DNA of 64,000 bases from a virus (IMGVR_UViG_3300036045_000316:585-64584); one strand, 5' to 3'; shown: positions 9,410-19,861, counted from the first letter of the stretch. Numbers and translations are program-made. Notes: generated from the letters alone by a model not told the origin.

Positions 9410-9694
9410 GTCAAAGGCGGCAAACTTAGTCCTGCATATATGCGTGAATTGCGCGGGGTGATAGAGCGAGAATCTAACGTGACTATGGGTGGCTTTATCT
9501 GCCTTCAAGAGCCGACAAAGGGAATGATAAGCGAAGCGGCTGAAGCTGGCATGTTTGAGTATCGTGGAGTGAATTACCCTAGACTGCAAATTAGGACAAT
9601 TCAAAATCTGTTGGACGGCAAAGGATTTGAAACGCCGTCTAAGGTTCAGACGATGGATTGGATTAGGCAATTAGCCCTCCCCCTAACCTCATAG
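9410..9694 (+). pseudogene. C-terminal fragment of an Mrr-like restriction endonuclease domain (methylase-REase fusion type)
   Basis: VKGGKL....RELRGVIERE...GGFICLQEPTKGMISEAAEAG...YPRLQIRTIQNLLDG; no proper start; abuts a truncated ORF starting at 9262. Confidence 0.75.
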
Positions 9695-9713
9695 GGGGGG
9701 GTAGACACAAGTC

Positions 9714-9730
9714 CTAAAGGTGATAATTCC
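9714..9730 (+). mobile_element. Candidate second IS1595-like right end
   Basis: CTAAAGGTGATAATTCC shares the GAT(A/G)ATTCC terminus with 2313-2329. Confidence 0.45.
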
Positions 9731-9778
9731 GAAAAATATTATCCCTATCGTGGGATCAATGATTACAAGGGTAGCTTC

Positions 9779-10075
9779 TTGTCTTTCGACGAGGCAAGAC
9801 AAAAGTGGGAGGTCTATCTAAAGAGTGATGAAATTTCGTTGGAGCAAGATGCTTGGGGACATCTCTGCTACCTTCGCCAAGATGGGGTGCTGCAATTGAT
9901 GATGGAGTTTGAGCGCAACTCTGGCGTTCGTGCTTTTCGCGCCGCCGGTAAGGAAGAGTGGAGTTACATTGACCCGGAGACGGATAAGAAACTGTACCGA
10001 AAGTTCTGGCGAGACAACAACTTTTCTCTCAAAGTCCAATATGCAGTTGATCAGTTTGAGGAGGGTGAAGATTGA
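9779..10075 (+). CDS. Hypothetical protein
   Basis: ORF track (TTG start, may be 5' truncated). Confidence 0.55.
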   Translation: MSFDEARQKWEVYLKSDEISLEQDAWGHLCYLRQDGVLQLMMEFERNSGVRAFRAAGKEEWSYIDPETDKKLYRKFWRDNNFSLKVQYAVDQFEEGED

Positions 10076-10812
10076 ACGCATTCGTTCGTATACCAACCGA
10101 AATCCTGCGAAACTTTCAACCGGAAAGTATCCATGTCGTGCCTGCCTACCTTGATGCCGTGCCGAACGGCGCAGGCGATCCGCTGGCGGCATTGCAACAG
10201 ACCCCGATCTCCGAAAAGACGCTCCCCGCTATCAAGATAGTGCGAATATTCACCGATGAAGAGGTCAGAATCAAGCAACGCCTCCCTGCGAATATCCCGT
10301 TCTATGAGGCGTTAGTTGCGGATATTCCTCAGGTTTCGTTCGACGGCGGGAAGTGGTGGCGCGACAAGCAACTCTGGTGGGTGCTGTGGGATGAAATAGC
10401 GCCCTTTAATCACACAACTGAACTTCACTGCTACTTGCGTCGTGAGGCGATACTGTCGGAAATTAGGATTCGTCGCCATCAACCGCAGTACATGAATCCC
10501 CTGCTGATTGCGCCGTTCACGGCAACTGCTGAGGAGTGGAGAGAGTTCACGCGGCGACGATCATTCACCGTTACGCCGATGGGGATAACTATCGCCCTCA
10601 ACTCAAGGGCGTTTGAAGTGGCGAATGTTGTCGAAAGACGCGTGTACGATGGGGGCAGCAAGACATTTGAACACACTGCTTACTACTTGAGAGAGAGCGG
10701 GGCGGCAACGAACAGCGACGATGTTCGACGCTTTGAACATGCCGAGGATGTCAAGTTTTACCTGAACCTCGTTGGACGCGAATGGGAGATAGAGTTACGT
10801 GACCAGATTTAA
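10072..10812 (+). CDS. Hypothetical protein
   Basis: 246-aa ORF, GGAGG RBS, coupled to its neighbours. Confidence 0.7.
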   Translation: MNAFVRIPTEILRNFQPESIHVVPAYLDAVPNGAGDPLAALQQTPISEKTLPAIKIVRIFTDEEVRIKQRLPANIPFYEALVADIPQVSFDGGKWWRDKQLWWVLWDEIAPFNHTTELHCYLRREAILSEIRIRRHQPQYMNPLLIAPFTATAEEWREFTRRRSFTVTPMGITIALNSRAFEVANVVERRVYDGGSKTFEHTAYYLRESGAATNSDDVRRFEHAEDVKFYLNLVGREWEIELRDQI

Positions 10813-11143
10813 AGACCTATCCGCACTCGTTTGCCAGTACGTCATTGATTTCTGGCGGCTGATTTTGGGACGACGCGACGCTGCTTTAGACTTGGACTTG
10901 AACAAGCCGAAGCGCCATCACTACGGCGAGACAGAAGGGGATATGTGGCTTGAAGCGGCGTGGCGTCAGGCGATGGATAGCAGGGAAAAGGTGATTTACA
11001 TCACTGCCGATCAGGTGGGGACGGTTTTGAAGTCAATGGAACTCCTGCCTGTCTTTGCATTTGCCATTCCGTTTCCGTCCGATCCTACCCTGATCGGTAG
11101 GTATCGGGGTTTTGAGGTCAGAGTTAAGGATGGTGCGAAGTGA
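10799..11143 (+). CDS. Hypothetical protein
   Basis: ORF in operon context. Confidence 0.6.
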   Translation: MTRFKDLSALVCQYVIDFWRLILGRRDAALDLDLNKPKRHHYGETEGDMWLEAAWRQAMDSREKVIYITADQVGTVLKSMELLPVFAFAIPFPSDPTLIGRYRGFEVRVKDGAK

Positions 11144-11243
11144 GCAGCGAGATTGAACCCGTTCCCGCTTCGGCGGTGTTGACGTACCTCTATAAAACGG
11201 GCGACGGCGAAGCACGGTATCTGGTGGGGGTGCATCTGCTGTC

Positions 11244-11582
11244 ATGAAACCAAACGCAGCATCTCCATCCCATGAACGACGCAGCTACGGTCAGGCGCAA
11301 ATCGACCTGATCAATGCCGTGATCGACTACAAATTGGATGAGCAGAACAACGGCAATCCGCCGTCGCAGAATGAGCTTGCCGACATTCTGGGCATCAGTC
11401 CTTCTACCGTGCGGACGCTGATCGACACCATCATTGCCAATCCAAAACCGTCGCATCCGGCGCGGCTGGGCAAGGATCACATTGGGCGCGTCACCGTCCC
11501 CGACGGCGAATTTAGGATGATCGCCAAGCAACGCCAAAGCAAACAGGAAAACACCCCTACGAAACAAGGCGAAAATCCTTGA
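11244..11582 (+). CDS. LexA-N-like winged HTH protein
   Basis: Q..LI..I.DY....NGNPPSQNELADILGISPSTV resembles the LexA DNA-binding domain; no peptidase domain. Confidence 0.65.
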   Translation: MKPNAASPSHERRSYGQAQIDLINAVIDYKLDEQNNGNPPSQNELADILGISPSTVRTLIDTIIANPKPSHPARLGKDHIGRVTVPDGEFRMIAKQRQSKQENTPTKQGENP

Positions 11583-11697
11583 TCAGCGCGATTGCGCTCA
11601 CGTAATCCTGTGAGTGTGCGCCGGCGTTGCCGCCTGTCAATGCCCGTTGTATGCTCCGACAACGGGCTTTTTGTTGTGGTGAACGCGAACAGGGCAA

Positions 11698-12823
11698 CGT
11701 GGGACTTTTCGACAACGACTTCATTCAAGATACGTTCGGCGTCAGCGGGCTTGACTGGAAACTGCGCGACGAGTTCACGACGGCGGCAGTTGCGCCGCTG
11801 ACCAGCCCGCGCCCCTGCGAACCGGGACCGGGCTTGATCACTATCTCCGACTCCGGCAACCGCGCTTCTATTGCCAGCGGTGCGCTCACCTTCACCGGAG
11901 GGGGCAGCGCCAACCCGCATTTCATTGGGCAAGCAGCAGCAGGATTGGCGCGTGTGGTTGGACGCATGTTCTTGATGGAGCATACGCCCGGCGGCGCACG
12001 GAATGTCCTGGGCTGGCAAACAGTCACCTCGGCATCCAACGCCGCACACGGCTTGCAGGTGAACGGAACGGCGCTCACCATTACTGACTCGGCAACTGGT
12101 GGCTTCAACATGGCGACTGGCTTCACCGTTGCGAGTTCCACTTCTTATCAGATCGCCGTCATTGCCCGCACAGCAGGGATGCACATTCTGATCAAGGGGG
12201 GCGCGTATTCGACGTGGACACTCCTATGGACGGATGACGTCGGCAGCTTTGCCACCATGTATCCAGCGGTGTACCCCCTGTCCAATCAAGCGGGAACATC
12301 AACGATGTCGTACTGGCGCATCCGCGATCTGGCTGCCTACTTCAATGCCAACAACGCCATCGCTACTGTGAATGCGGCGTCACCGTCCGGTTCGTATACA
12401 GCAACGGCAGACCAACAACTCAACATCACCTTCACTTCGCCGAGCAGCATCACCGCCGAGTCCGGTATTCGCTTCCGCGTGACCGACGCCAGCAATTACC
12501 TATGGGCGGGCTTCACGACTGCCGGATCGTTCCAATTGCGGCGCTACACCAGTGGAACACCAACAAACTTGATCGACGTGGCAAGCGTCATTTCGACCAG
12601 TCAAACGCGCATGGTTCAAATCAATATGGCGGGATCGACCCTTGACGCCTACACATGGTCAGGCACAACGCCGACCAAGCGCGGATCAACGATCACCGAG
12701 TCGCAAGGCAACACTCAGACGGGAATTACCACCGACACTGGATCGGGTTGGACAGCGGCGAATCTGCTGAGTTTCCCGCGCACGAACGCCGCTTGGGATG
12801 CGGAATTGGATCGGGTGGCGTGA
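11698..12823 (+). CDS. S/T/G-rich beta-sandwich protein (putative virion/lectin-like)
   Basis: LRDEFTT start; SGIRFRVTDASNYLW lectin-like strand pattern; likely GTG start at 11698. Confidence 0.65.
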
Positions 12824-13005
12824 TGACCCTACTGCAATGCCTAGCCGACTTTGCCCTCAGAATCGTCCTCGTCGCTGGCTGCATCAGTACGGCGCTGCTG
12901 CTATTGCTTGCATGGCTGTCCGAACGGGAGATGAAGTTTCGTGATCAACGCTTAGAGAAGGAGCGTCAAGATGGAACGGAAGATGACGGTATCGCGCCTA
13001 TTTAG
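12823..13005 (+). CDS. Small membrane protein
   Basis: Hydrophobic IVLVAGCISTALLLLLAWL segment. Confidence 0.55.
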   Translation: MTLLQCLADFALRIVLVAGCISTALLLLLAWLSEREMKFRDQRLEKERQDGTEDDGIAPI

Positions 13006-13522
13006 CTGTCTATTCGCGCTGATGTTCGTGTTCGTCAGTCTGCTCGTGCCGACTGGCGCAGCGCCCGCGCAAGCGGCAGAGTACGGCTCGGTGGGGTGCT
13101 TGCCGTCGATCCTCACCGCCGAGTCGGTGCTGGTGTCGCCGCTGAAATGGCATCCCGATTACGAGCGCCTCAAATGGCAGAAGCGCACCTTCATGCCCGT
13201 GACCGGACTTGCCGACTGGCAGGTGCTGGACGGCGACAAAATTCAGCCGGATTATGTGCTTCACGGTTGGTGGTATGGCGATGTGTTCGCCGATGTGAAA
13301 CTGTTCACTTATCCCTTCTGGGCGCGGTTTCAATCCGAACAACCGCCGCGAGATTATCAGTACGGGGTGGGACAAATTCTGTTCGGCGTGCATCCGACAT
13401 TCCCCGATCACTACGTCGTCTTCGTGATGGATCGGTTTCATCCGCAGTGGTCGCCAGCGGATCACTGTTTCTGCACGTTCCTCGTGGACAAAGCCCGCGT
13501 GGATGCGCTGACGGGGTGGTGA
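12971..13522 (+). CDS. Exported hypothetical protein
   Basis: Signal-peptide-like N-terminus ending in AQA. Confidence 0.7.
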   Translation: MERKMTVSRLFSCLFALMFVFVSLLVPTGAAPAQAAEYGSVGCLPSILTAESVLVSPLKWHPDYERLKWQKRTFMPVTGLADWQVLDGDKIQPDYVLHGWWYGDVFADVKLFTYPFWARFQSEQPPRDYQYGVGQILFGVHPTFPDHYVVFVMDRFHPQWSPADHCFCTFLVDKARVDALTGW

Positions 13523-13527
13523 TAGTA

Positions 13528-13686
13528 ATGCCCTTCGGCTTCGATATTCCTCAGCTGATCGTCCTCGCCTGCTTTACATTACTTGGCATCACGGTGGGCT
13601 TTCTGATCGGGGTGGTGGTGATGGGGCGGAAGGGTGAACGAAGCAGCAAGTACGACCATAACGAGACGGGGGAAAGCAGACGGTAG
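13528..13686 (+). CDS. Small membrane protein
   Basis: Single TM helix with a basic tail, directly before terS. Confidence 0.55.
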   Translation: MPFGFDIPQLIVLACFTLLGITVGFLIGVVVMGRKGERSSKYDHNETGESRR

Positions 13687-14547
13687 ATGAGCGTTCGGTA
13701 CAGCGCGGCAGACAAGAAAAAGGTCATTCAAACGTTGCAGCGATCCGGCGGGCTGACTGCTGACGGAATTGCTGCTGTGCGCCGCCTTGAATTACATATT
13801 GCAACTCTCAGTAAATCAACAATACGCCGCTGGTGGTCGCGGCACCAGCATGACGGCGGCGCTCCCCCTGCCAAGCGCAATAAACGTAAACAAGATTCTG
13901 CGAAGTGGACTGATCGCGCTTCGGCTAACAAGGTGTCCGAGATCGCTGACGATGACCCACTTGCCTTCCCCGTTTACGATGGACTTACACCTAAGCAGCG
14001 CGTGTTCGTCGCCGTTTATTTGCGGACGCTCAATGCCACTGAAGCAGCAATGCAAGCCTACCAAACGACAGATCGCGTAGTAGCGGCATCCATCGGCTAC
14101 CAGAATCTTCGCAAACTGAATGTTCGCACCATCATTGATGCCGAACTTGACGCAAGGACACTCACTAAATCAGAAATTCTGTTCCGACTGACCGAGATCG
14201 CCATTGGCTCAATCGAGGATGTGGCTGATCTGCGTGATGATGGCACATGGCAAGTCAACCTTACGAAAGCACATTTACGCGGCAAGTTGCACTTAATCCA
14301 CAAATTGACCGAGAAGCGGAACACTGACGGCGACGGCAATACTGAATCAACGTTCGCCGTTGAACTCTACGATGCCCACGCCGCGCTGCGCGATCTTGGT
14401 CGCCACCGTCAACTATTCAATGAGAAGATCGAACTGGCGATCCCAAAGGAAGTGGCGGAGTTACTTGGCAAGTACAACATCTCGATGTCGCAGTTCTTCG
14501 CCGTGTTCCAAAAGCTGCTAGAACGCAAAGTGATCGCCCATGCTTGA
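13687..14547 (+). CDS. terS: Terminase small subunit
   Basis: LTPKQRVFVAVYL..LNATEAAMQAY...GYQNLRK; VELYDAHAALRDLGRH; directly upstream of terL. Confidence 0.9.
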   Translation: MSVRYSAADKKKVIQTLQRSGGLTADGIAAVRRLELHIATLSKSTIRRWWSRHQHDGGAPPAKRNKRKQDSAKWTDRASANKVSEIADDDPLAFPVYDGLTPKQRVFVAVYLRTLNATEAAMQAYQTTDRVVAASIGYQNLRKLNVRTIIDAELDARTLTKSEILFRLTEIAIGSIEDVADLRDDGTWQVNLTKAHLRGKLHLIHKLTEKRNTDGDGNTESTFAVELYDAHAALRDLGRHRQLFNEKIELAIPKEVAELLGKYNISMSQFFAVFQKLLERKVIAHA

Positions 14548-16006
14548 ATTGAGCGTTGACACCCTCGCCGAGGAACTGGCGCAAGAACTTGGCATCGAGG
14601 TGCCAGTTGCGCCGCCGATTTGGACGCCACAACCCGGACCGCAAACGCTGGCGAATAACTCACGCGCCGATGAAGTTGGTTTCGGAGGTCAAGCTGGGGG
14701 CGGCAAGACTGATCTTGCCATTGGCTTATCGCTCACTCAATTTACGCGCAGCATCATCTTTCGCCGCATCAGTAAGAACCTGCGGGCGATCATTGACCGC
14801 ACCATCAACATCGTTGGCAGCAGCGAAGGACTGAATCAGTCAACGAATGTGTGGCGACTGCCGAGTGGTCGCCAGCTTGAATTCGGCTATATGCAGCACG
14901 AAAACAGCAAGTTTGATTGGCGCGGCAACCCTCACGAATTATATGTCTTCGACGAAGGCTCGGAATTCAACGAGAGTCAGATCGATTTCGTCACAGCATG
15001 GAAACGCACGACTATCCCCGGTCAGCGCACACAGACGTTGATCACCTTCAACCCGCCGACGGACGCACAGGGCGAGTGGCTGATTGAGCGCTTCGGTCCT
15101 TGGATCAATCCGCAGCACCCCAACCCCGCAGCACCGGGTGAACTGCGCTGGTATGCGATGGTGGATGGCAAACGTATCGAAGTGCAGAGCGGCACTTCTT
15201 TTATGCACAATGGCGAACTGATCGAGCCAACCTCGCGCACCTTCATTCCAGCCCGCCTTGAGGACAATATTTACCTCACCAACACTGAGTATCGGGCGCA
15301 GCTGCAAAGCCTCCCCGAACCGTTACGAAGCCAACTGCTGTATGGACGCTTCGATCTGATCCTTGAAGATGATCCTTGGCAGGTGATTCCTACCAAGTGG
15401 GTGCAAGCAGCGCAGCGCCGCTGGCTGGAGACCGAAAAACCTGACCTGCAAGCACGATCAGTTGGTGCGGACGTAGCACGGGGAGGCATCGATAAGTCAT
15501 CAGTCGCCCGATTATTCGGCAACTGGTTTGATTTGCATTCACGTCCGGGCGCGGAAACGCCTGACGGACCGACGGCTGCTGAGTGGATCGGCGGCTTGGC
15601 GGGTGGTGCACCGATCTCGTTAGATGTCATCGGCATTGGCAGCAGCGTCTACGACTCTCATGTGACGCGCGGCGACAATGTGGCTGGCGTCAACTTCGGT
15701 GCATCAACCAAAGCAACTGATCAGACGGGCAAGTTCGGTTTCCTCAACATTCGCGCCGAAGCCTACTGGCGACTGCGTGAAGCCCTTGACCCCGCCAGCG
15801 GTGAAAACTTGTGTTTACCGCAAGATCGGGCATTGCTTGCTGATTTGTGTGCGCCCCGCTTCAAAGTAGTCAGCGGCAAGATTCAAATCGAGGACAAGGA
15901 ATCTATCAAGAGCCGGATCAATCGTTCACCCGATGACGGCGATGCAGTAACGCTGTGCTGGTATGGCGCAAGTCGTGAATTCAAGATCATTGAGGTGGAT
16001 ACGTGA
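14540..16006 (+). CDS. terL: Terminase large subunit
   Basis: PQPGPQ, GGQAGGGKT Walker A, FDE Walker B, TFNP, GADVARGG.D nuclease motif, RSPDDGDA. Confidence 0.95.
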   Translation: MLELSVDTLAEELAQELGIEVPVAPPIWTPQPGPQTLANNSRADEVGFGGQAGGGKTDLAIGLSLTQFTRSIIFRRISKNLRAIIDRTINIVGSSEGLNQSTNVWRLPSGRQLEFGYMQHENSKFDWRGNPHELYVFDEGSEFNESQIDFVTAWKRTTIPGQRTQTLITFNPPTDAQGEWLIERFGPWINPQHPNPAAPGELRWYAMVDGKRIEVQSGTSFMHNGELIEPTSRTFIPARLEDNIYLTNTEYRAQLQSLPEPLRSQLLYGRFDLILEDDPWQVIPTKWVQAAQRRWLETEKPDLQARSVGADVARGGIDKSSVARLFGNWFDLHSRPGAETPDGPTAAEWIGGLAGGAPISLDVIGIGSSVYDSHVTRGDNVAGVNFGASTKATDQTGKFGFLNIRAEAYWRLREALDPASGENLCLPQDRALLADLCAPRFKVVSGKIQIEDKESIKSRINRSPDDGDAVTLCWYGASREFKIIEVDT

Positions 16007-17850
16007 ACGCACTGATGCTGCGCGGCAATGGGCGTATCGAGACATTGAAAGCCATCAAGAGTGCCGATGGCATCGGCGAAGGCGGCACATCCGTACTTAG
16101 CGAGTATACCGCTGCCATGCGCGACTTGACGACGGACGATAACAGTCTCGCCACCGCATACACAGCGTCGGTATGGGCGTTTCGCTGCACCAACGTTCGC
16201 GCCAGTAAGGTCGCCAGCATTCCCCACCGGGTGATCAGCAAGAAGACCCAAGAGCCGATTCCTGATCATCCCCTGATTACCGCCATCCAAGCAGCGTATT
16301 GGTATTCGCACCGTTCGCTCTTGTTCGACTTCGAGATGTCGATTTGCCTCTACGGGGAAGTGTTCATTGAACTCATCCGCAATCTTGTGGGCATGGCAGA
16401 CGGGTTGAAATGGCTGAATCCGCTGGGTGTTGAGCCGTTCATCTATGGGTCGCACATCCTCCACTACGATGTTTACGAGCAGAACGGAGGCGCTTACAAA
16501 CACCTCAATCCCGAACACATGATCTACTACCACACGGCGAACCCGCGTGACGACCTGCGCGGCTTGGCAGTGATGACTACCGCGCTTGACTCCGTCAATG
16601 TGGATCGGGCGATCCAGAAAAGCACCAAAGCGTGGTTCCTGAATGACGCTCGACCTGACGGCATCATCTCGCCGCCGGAAGGGGCAACCTTCCCCGATCC
16701 CATGCTGGCACGTCTGCAACAGTGGTGGCAGAACCGCCTCAAGGGACCGCGCAATCGCGGCAAAACGGCGATCCTTCCTACCGCTGTGCGCTGGCAGCAG
16801 GTGCAGCGAGAGCCGATTCCAGAGCAGCCAGAACTGAAAATGGATGTGCGACGCGAAACCTGTGCAGCGTTTGGCGTGCCCGTCTCCATTGCGGGCGGGT
16901 GGGATGATGCCAGCTACCAGAGCGCCCCTGAGCAACGCAAGTCGCTGTATGAAGAGACGATTTTCCCCGAATGCAACCTGATCGCCGAATTCATCACCGA
17001 AGTAGTGCTGCCGGAATTTGATAGAAGTGGTGGTAGCAAATTCGAGTTCGATAAAAGCGCGGTGCAGGCGACGCTCGAGGATCAGGAAAAGAAATCGCGC
17101 ATCGCTAAGGATAAGTGGCTCGGCGGATTGATGACCATGAATGAGGCGCGGCTTGCTGGCGGCGACAAATCAATGGGCGCGGCAGGAGAGATTTTACTTA
17201 TCCCCAGTGGTTACACCGTCATCCCCATCAACCAGCTTGCCGACGCCCCGCAGTTGGTGGCGCAGGCTTCCGTGCCATTCGCGTTGCCCGCGCCTTCTCT
17301 CTCTCTAGCCGATCCCAACGCCGAACAGAACAATTCGCCGCGATTGCCGTTGGCGTCCAGTGCCGTCACCGATCAGGAGGTCGCACATGGTTCGACCTCT
17401 CTCGCTCCGGACCGCACAGCAGATCGAGAACTCAGCAAGTGGGAGAAGGCGGCGCTGCAATCGGGCAAGAGCAAGGCGTTGCGCTTCCAGTGTTACGCCG
17501 TGCCTGCGTATATTGCCGCCTACGTCCGCAAGTCGCTGGAACTGACCGACTTCGACAACCGGGCAATGGTGCGGAGCGTGTTCACCAAAGCAGCGCGATT
17601 GTACGCCGCGACGGAGGCGATCAGGGCGGGGGATGTAGATGTCAATGCTGAAGTGGGCATGGACGACAGTGGCGCGGTGTTGACTGTGGATTCCGAGATC
17701 GATAGCGACACTGACACCGTGCCTCAGGTGAGCGATGCCGAGATCGAGGCGGCGCGACTGGCGCTCAAGTTGGCTGGTGTTGAGTTCGGGGTGGAGGCGG
17801 AAGTGAATGCTGATGCTGGCGATACCGATAGAGAGAAGGAAAGTGCGTGA
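16003..17850 (+). CDS. Portal protein (HK97-like) with a C-terminal extension
   Basis: YGEVF, NPRDDLRGL, FLNDARPDGII, AAFGVP, MTMNEAR motifs. Confidence 0.93.
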   Translation: MNALMLRGNGRIETLKAIKSADGIGEGGTSVLSEYTAAMRDLTTDDNSLATAYTASVWAFRCTNVRASKVASIPHRVISKKTQEPIPDHPLITAIQAAYWYSHRSLLFDFEMSICLYGEVFIELIRNLVGMADGLKWLNPLGVEPFIYGSHILHYDVYEQNGGAYKHLNPEHMIYYHTANPRDDLRGLAVMTTALDSVNVDRAIQKSTKAWFLNDARPDGIISPPEGATFPDPMLARLQQWWQNRLKGPRNRGKTAILPTAVRWQQVQREPIPEQPELKMDVRRETCAAFGVPVSIAGGWDDASYQSAPEQRKSLYEETIFPECNLIAEFITEVVLPEFDRSGGSKFEFDKSAVQATLEDQEKKSRIAKDKWLGGLMTMNEARLAGGDKSMGAAGEILLIPSGYTVIPINQLADAPQLVAQASVPFALPAPSLSLADPNAEQNNSPRLPLASSAVTDQEVAHGSTSLAPDRTADRELSKWEKAALQSGKSKALRFQCYAVPAYIAAYVRKSLELTDFDNRAMVRSVFTKAARLYAATEAIRAGDVDVNAEVGMDDSGAVLTVDSEIDSDTDTVPQVSDAEIEAARLALKLAGVEFGVEAEVNADAGDTDREKESA

Positions 17851-18203
17851 TGAAAAGTGATTTCGACTTAGAACTAGAGCGGATTGGTGCTGAGATCGAG
17901 GAAAAGGCGATCAAGACTGCCGAAAACACGATCAAGCAACAATTGCGGGCAATCGGCGAATTGCAAGATGTCAAAGCTGTGATCCAGTCCTGGCTCTCAG
18001 AGGTTGGCTTGTGGCTGATGGCATCACCCTCAGGCAGTCATTACTGGGATGTGTTCGAACCAGCGGCAAAAGATGATCCACTAGGTTTGTATCCTACCTA
18101 CGAGATCGCGCTGCATGAGGCGCTCAAGCTGGTGGCGCAGCGAATCGCCGCGAAAGCGTCTGCGCCTACCGTCGTTGCCGATGAAGTGGGGAAAGGTGAA
18201 TGA
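17847..18203 (+). CDS. Hypothetical protein (paralog of the next gene)
   Basis: Coupled ORF; shares W..G and Y..AL.EA......RIA.KA with 18200-18568. Confidence 0.65.
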   Translation: MMKSDFDLELERIGAEIEEKAIKTAENTIKQQLRAIGELQDVKAVIQSWLSEVGLWLMASPSGSHYWDVFEPAAKDDPLGLYPTYEIALHEALKLVAQRIAAKASAPTVVADEVGKGE

Positions 18204-18568
18204 TGCCTCCAATTTCGGCTAAGTCCATTCTAGGGAGCGTTTCTCAGTCCAATGACCGTGTTGAGCAAGTCAAAGCCAGTCCAACATACAAGGCACGTCT
18301 TGCGAAATACTTCAGCCGCGTCAACAAAGCATATGATGCGGAGAATGTCCTGCAAGAGTGGTTGCTTGACGCTGGCATTATAGTTGCGGAGTTATCGGCG
18401 GGCTGCGTCGTTATCGACATCAATACTAAGAAGTCGCTTGTTGAGACAATTGACGGCAATGCACCAACTTATTTACATGCCCTGCGCGAAGCAGTAGCCA
18501 TCGCCAGCAAGCGGATCGCGGAAAAAGCGCAGACGGAGCTATCGTCAGTGGACCAGCCAAGTGACTGA
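18200..18568 (+). CDS. Hypothetical protein
   Basis: Coupled ORF. Confidence 0.65.
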   Translation: MMPPISAKSILGSVSQSNDRVEQVKASPTYKARLAKYFSRVNKAYDAENVLQEWLLDAGIIVAELSAGCVVIDINTKKSLVETIDGNAPTYLHALREAVAIASKRIAEKAQTELSSVDQPSD

Positions 18569-19040
18569 GCCAGAGATTTACTACTTCGAGTGGCGCTGGG
18601 CGGATGACGAGGTGATCCAGTGGCAGCGCGATGGTGACTGTAACGGCTGCGGCGCGTGCTGCAAGACGCTCATTCAGTTCACCATGAGTCGCGCTTACCT
18701 GCCGCCCGTAAACGACTTCAGCGATTGGCTTCCCAACAACGGCGGCGTCATCTCTGCCCGCGTTGGCATCGGGGTACAGGTGATGATCAACGGCAAGTCG
18801 CGCTACTTCGATAACATTCAGATCATCCCCAACGATCCTAACCATAAACCGTGCGGGTATCTCACTGCCGACAACCGCTGCCGCGTACACGCGGGCAAGA
18901 ACCGTCTGTGTGCGATGTGGCCCATGACGCCGACACATGCCGCTGCATTCGAGGAGTGCAGCTACACCTTCACCGAAATTGGACGCTGGAAGATCAGCGA
19001 GTTAGAGGCGCAAGATGCAACCGAACCACAGTCGGTCTGA
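18561..19040 (+). CDS. YkgJ/CxxCxxCC Fe-S or Zn cluster protein
   Basis: CNGCGACC...PCGYL..NRCRVH...RLCAMWP...C. Confidence 0.85.
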   Translation: MTEPEIYYFEWRWADDEVIQWQRDGDCNGCGACCKTLIQFTMSRAYLPPVNDFSDWLPNNGGVISARVGIGVQVMINGKSRYFDNIQIIPNDPNHKPCGYLTADNRCRVHAGKNRLCAMWPMTPTHAAAFEECSYTFTEIGRWKISELEAQDATEPQSV

Positions 19041-19083
19041 TCGCTCCCCGCAAGGCTCGCTCAGAGCAGCAAAGTCCCGCCTC

Positions 19084-19413
19084 ATGCGCTGGCTGCGTTC
19101 ATGGTGGTGGGGCGAGATCAAGGCGCACAAGAAAATTGTCACTCCTTTCAAAGACGCCCCATTTGAGATCAACGGCATCCCGCAAACCGTTGAAGCTGTC
19201 ACCTTCCACTGGAAGGGCGGACGACGTGTGCTAATCGGCGGCAGTTTTGTCCGCGAAGCCGGACCCACCTACTTCGAATGGCTACTGAACGGGCGTGCCC
19301 GCTTCTGCTGCTACGACGTGGAAGTGCTGTGCTACGACGCGAGGCGGGATGTTTACATCGCCCGACGGACTAGTTGGTCGTGGAGGGAGGCGTTCAATGC
19401 AGTCACTGCTTAA
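19084..19413 (+). CDS. Hypothetical protein
   Basis: ORF track; start uncertain (19015 or 19084). Confidence 0.6.
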   Translation: MRWLRSWWWGEIKAHKKIVTPFKDAPFEINGIPQTVEAVTFHWKGGRRVLIGGSFVREAGPTYFEWLLNGRARFCCYDVEVLCYDARRDVYIARRTSWSWREAFNAVTA

Positions 19414-19861
19414 GGTTAATGGGGAGATCGTGGTCGGCATCAAGCGCGACACTGTTTCCGCTTATAGCATGAATGGGAAGCATCTCACCAAAACGTATGA
19501 ATGGCGCGGCGGGGACATTGCCTATGTTGATGCACGGGATGAATCGCTGCAAGCGTTGATGATCAAGCCCGGAGGGAAAAGTATTGGTCAACACATCAGC
19601 ATTGGGCATTACCGCGCCATCATTGCCGATTGGGACCCCTCGTGCAACTGGTACATCATCATCCGCGTCGGCAGATTTAGCTGGCTGCGCTTCTTGCTCT
19701 TCCGCCTGCGCGATGTCGCCCTCTCACTCAATTGGCGGGTGCTGTGGACGCTACACATCTGGGGCTTAGTCGCTCGCCCCGATTATGGTGAACGCATCGC
19801 GTGGCGGAGGGTACGTCCCCTGCGTTGGCTGCTCGCCAGATTTCAGGCGAAAGGGAAGTAG
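19397..19861 (+). CDS. Hypothetical protein
   Basis: GGAGG RBS, ATG at 19397. Confidence 0.65.
   Translation: MQSLLKVNGEIVVGIKRDTVSAYSMNGKHLTKTYEWRGGDIAYVDARDESLQALMIKPGGKSIGQHISIGHYRAIIADWDPSCNWYIIIRVGRFSWLRFLLFRLRDVALSLNWRVLWTLHIWGLVARPDYGERIAWRRVRPLRWLLARFQAKGK

Noticed and set aside
9299-9694. Intact 131-aa gene
   Set aside because: The N-terminal part is an off-frame read of the truncated 9262 ORF; only the REase C-terminal fragment is recognisable
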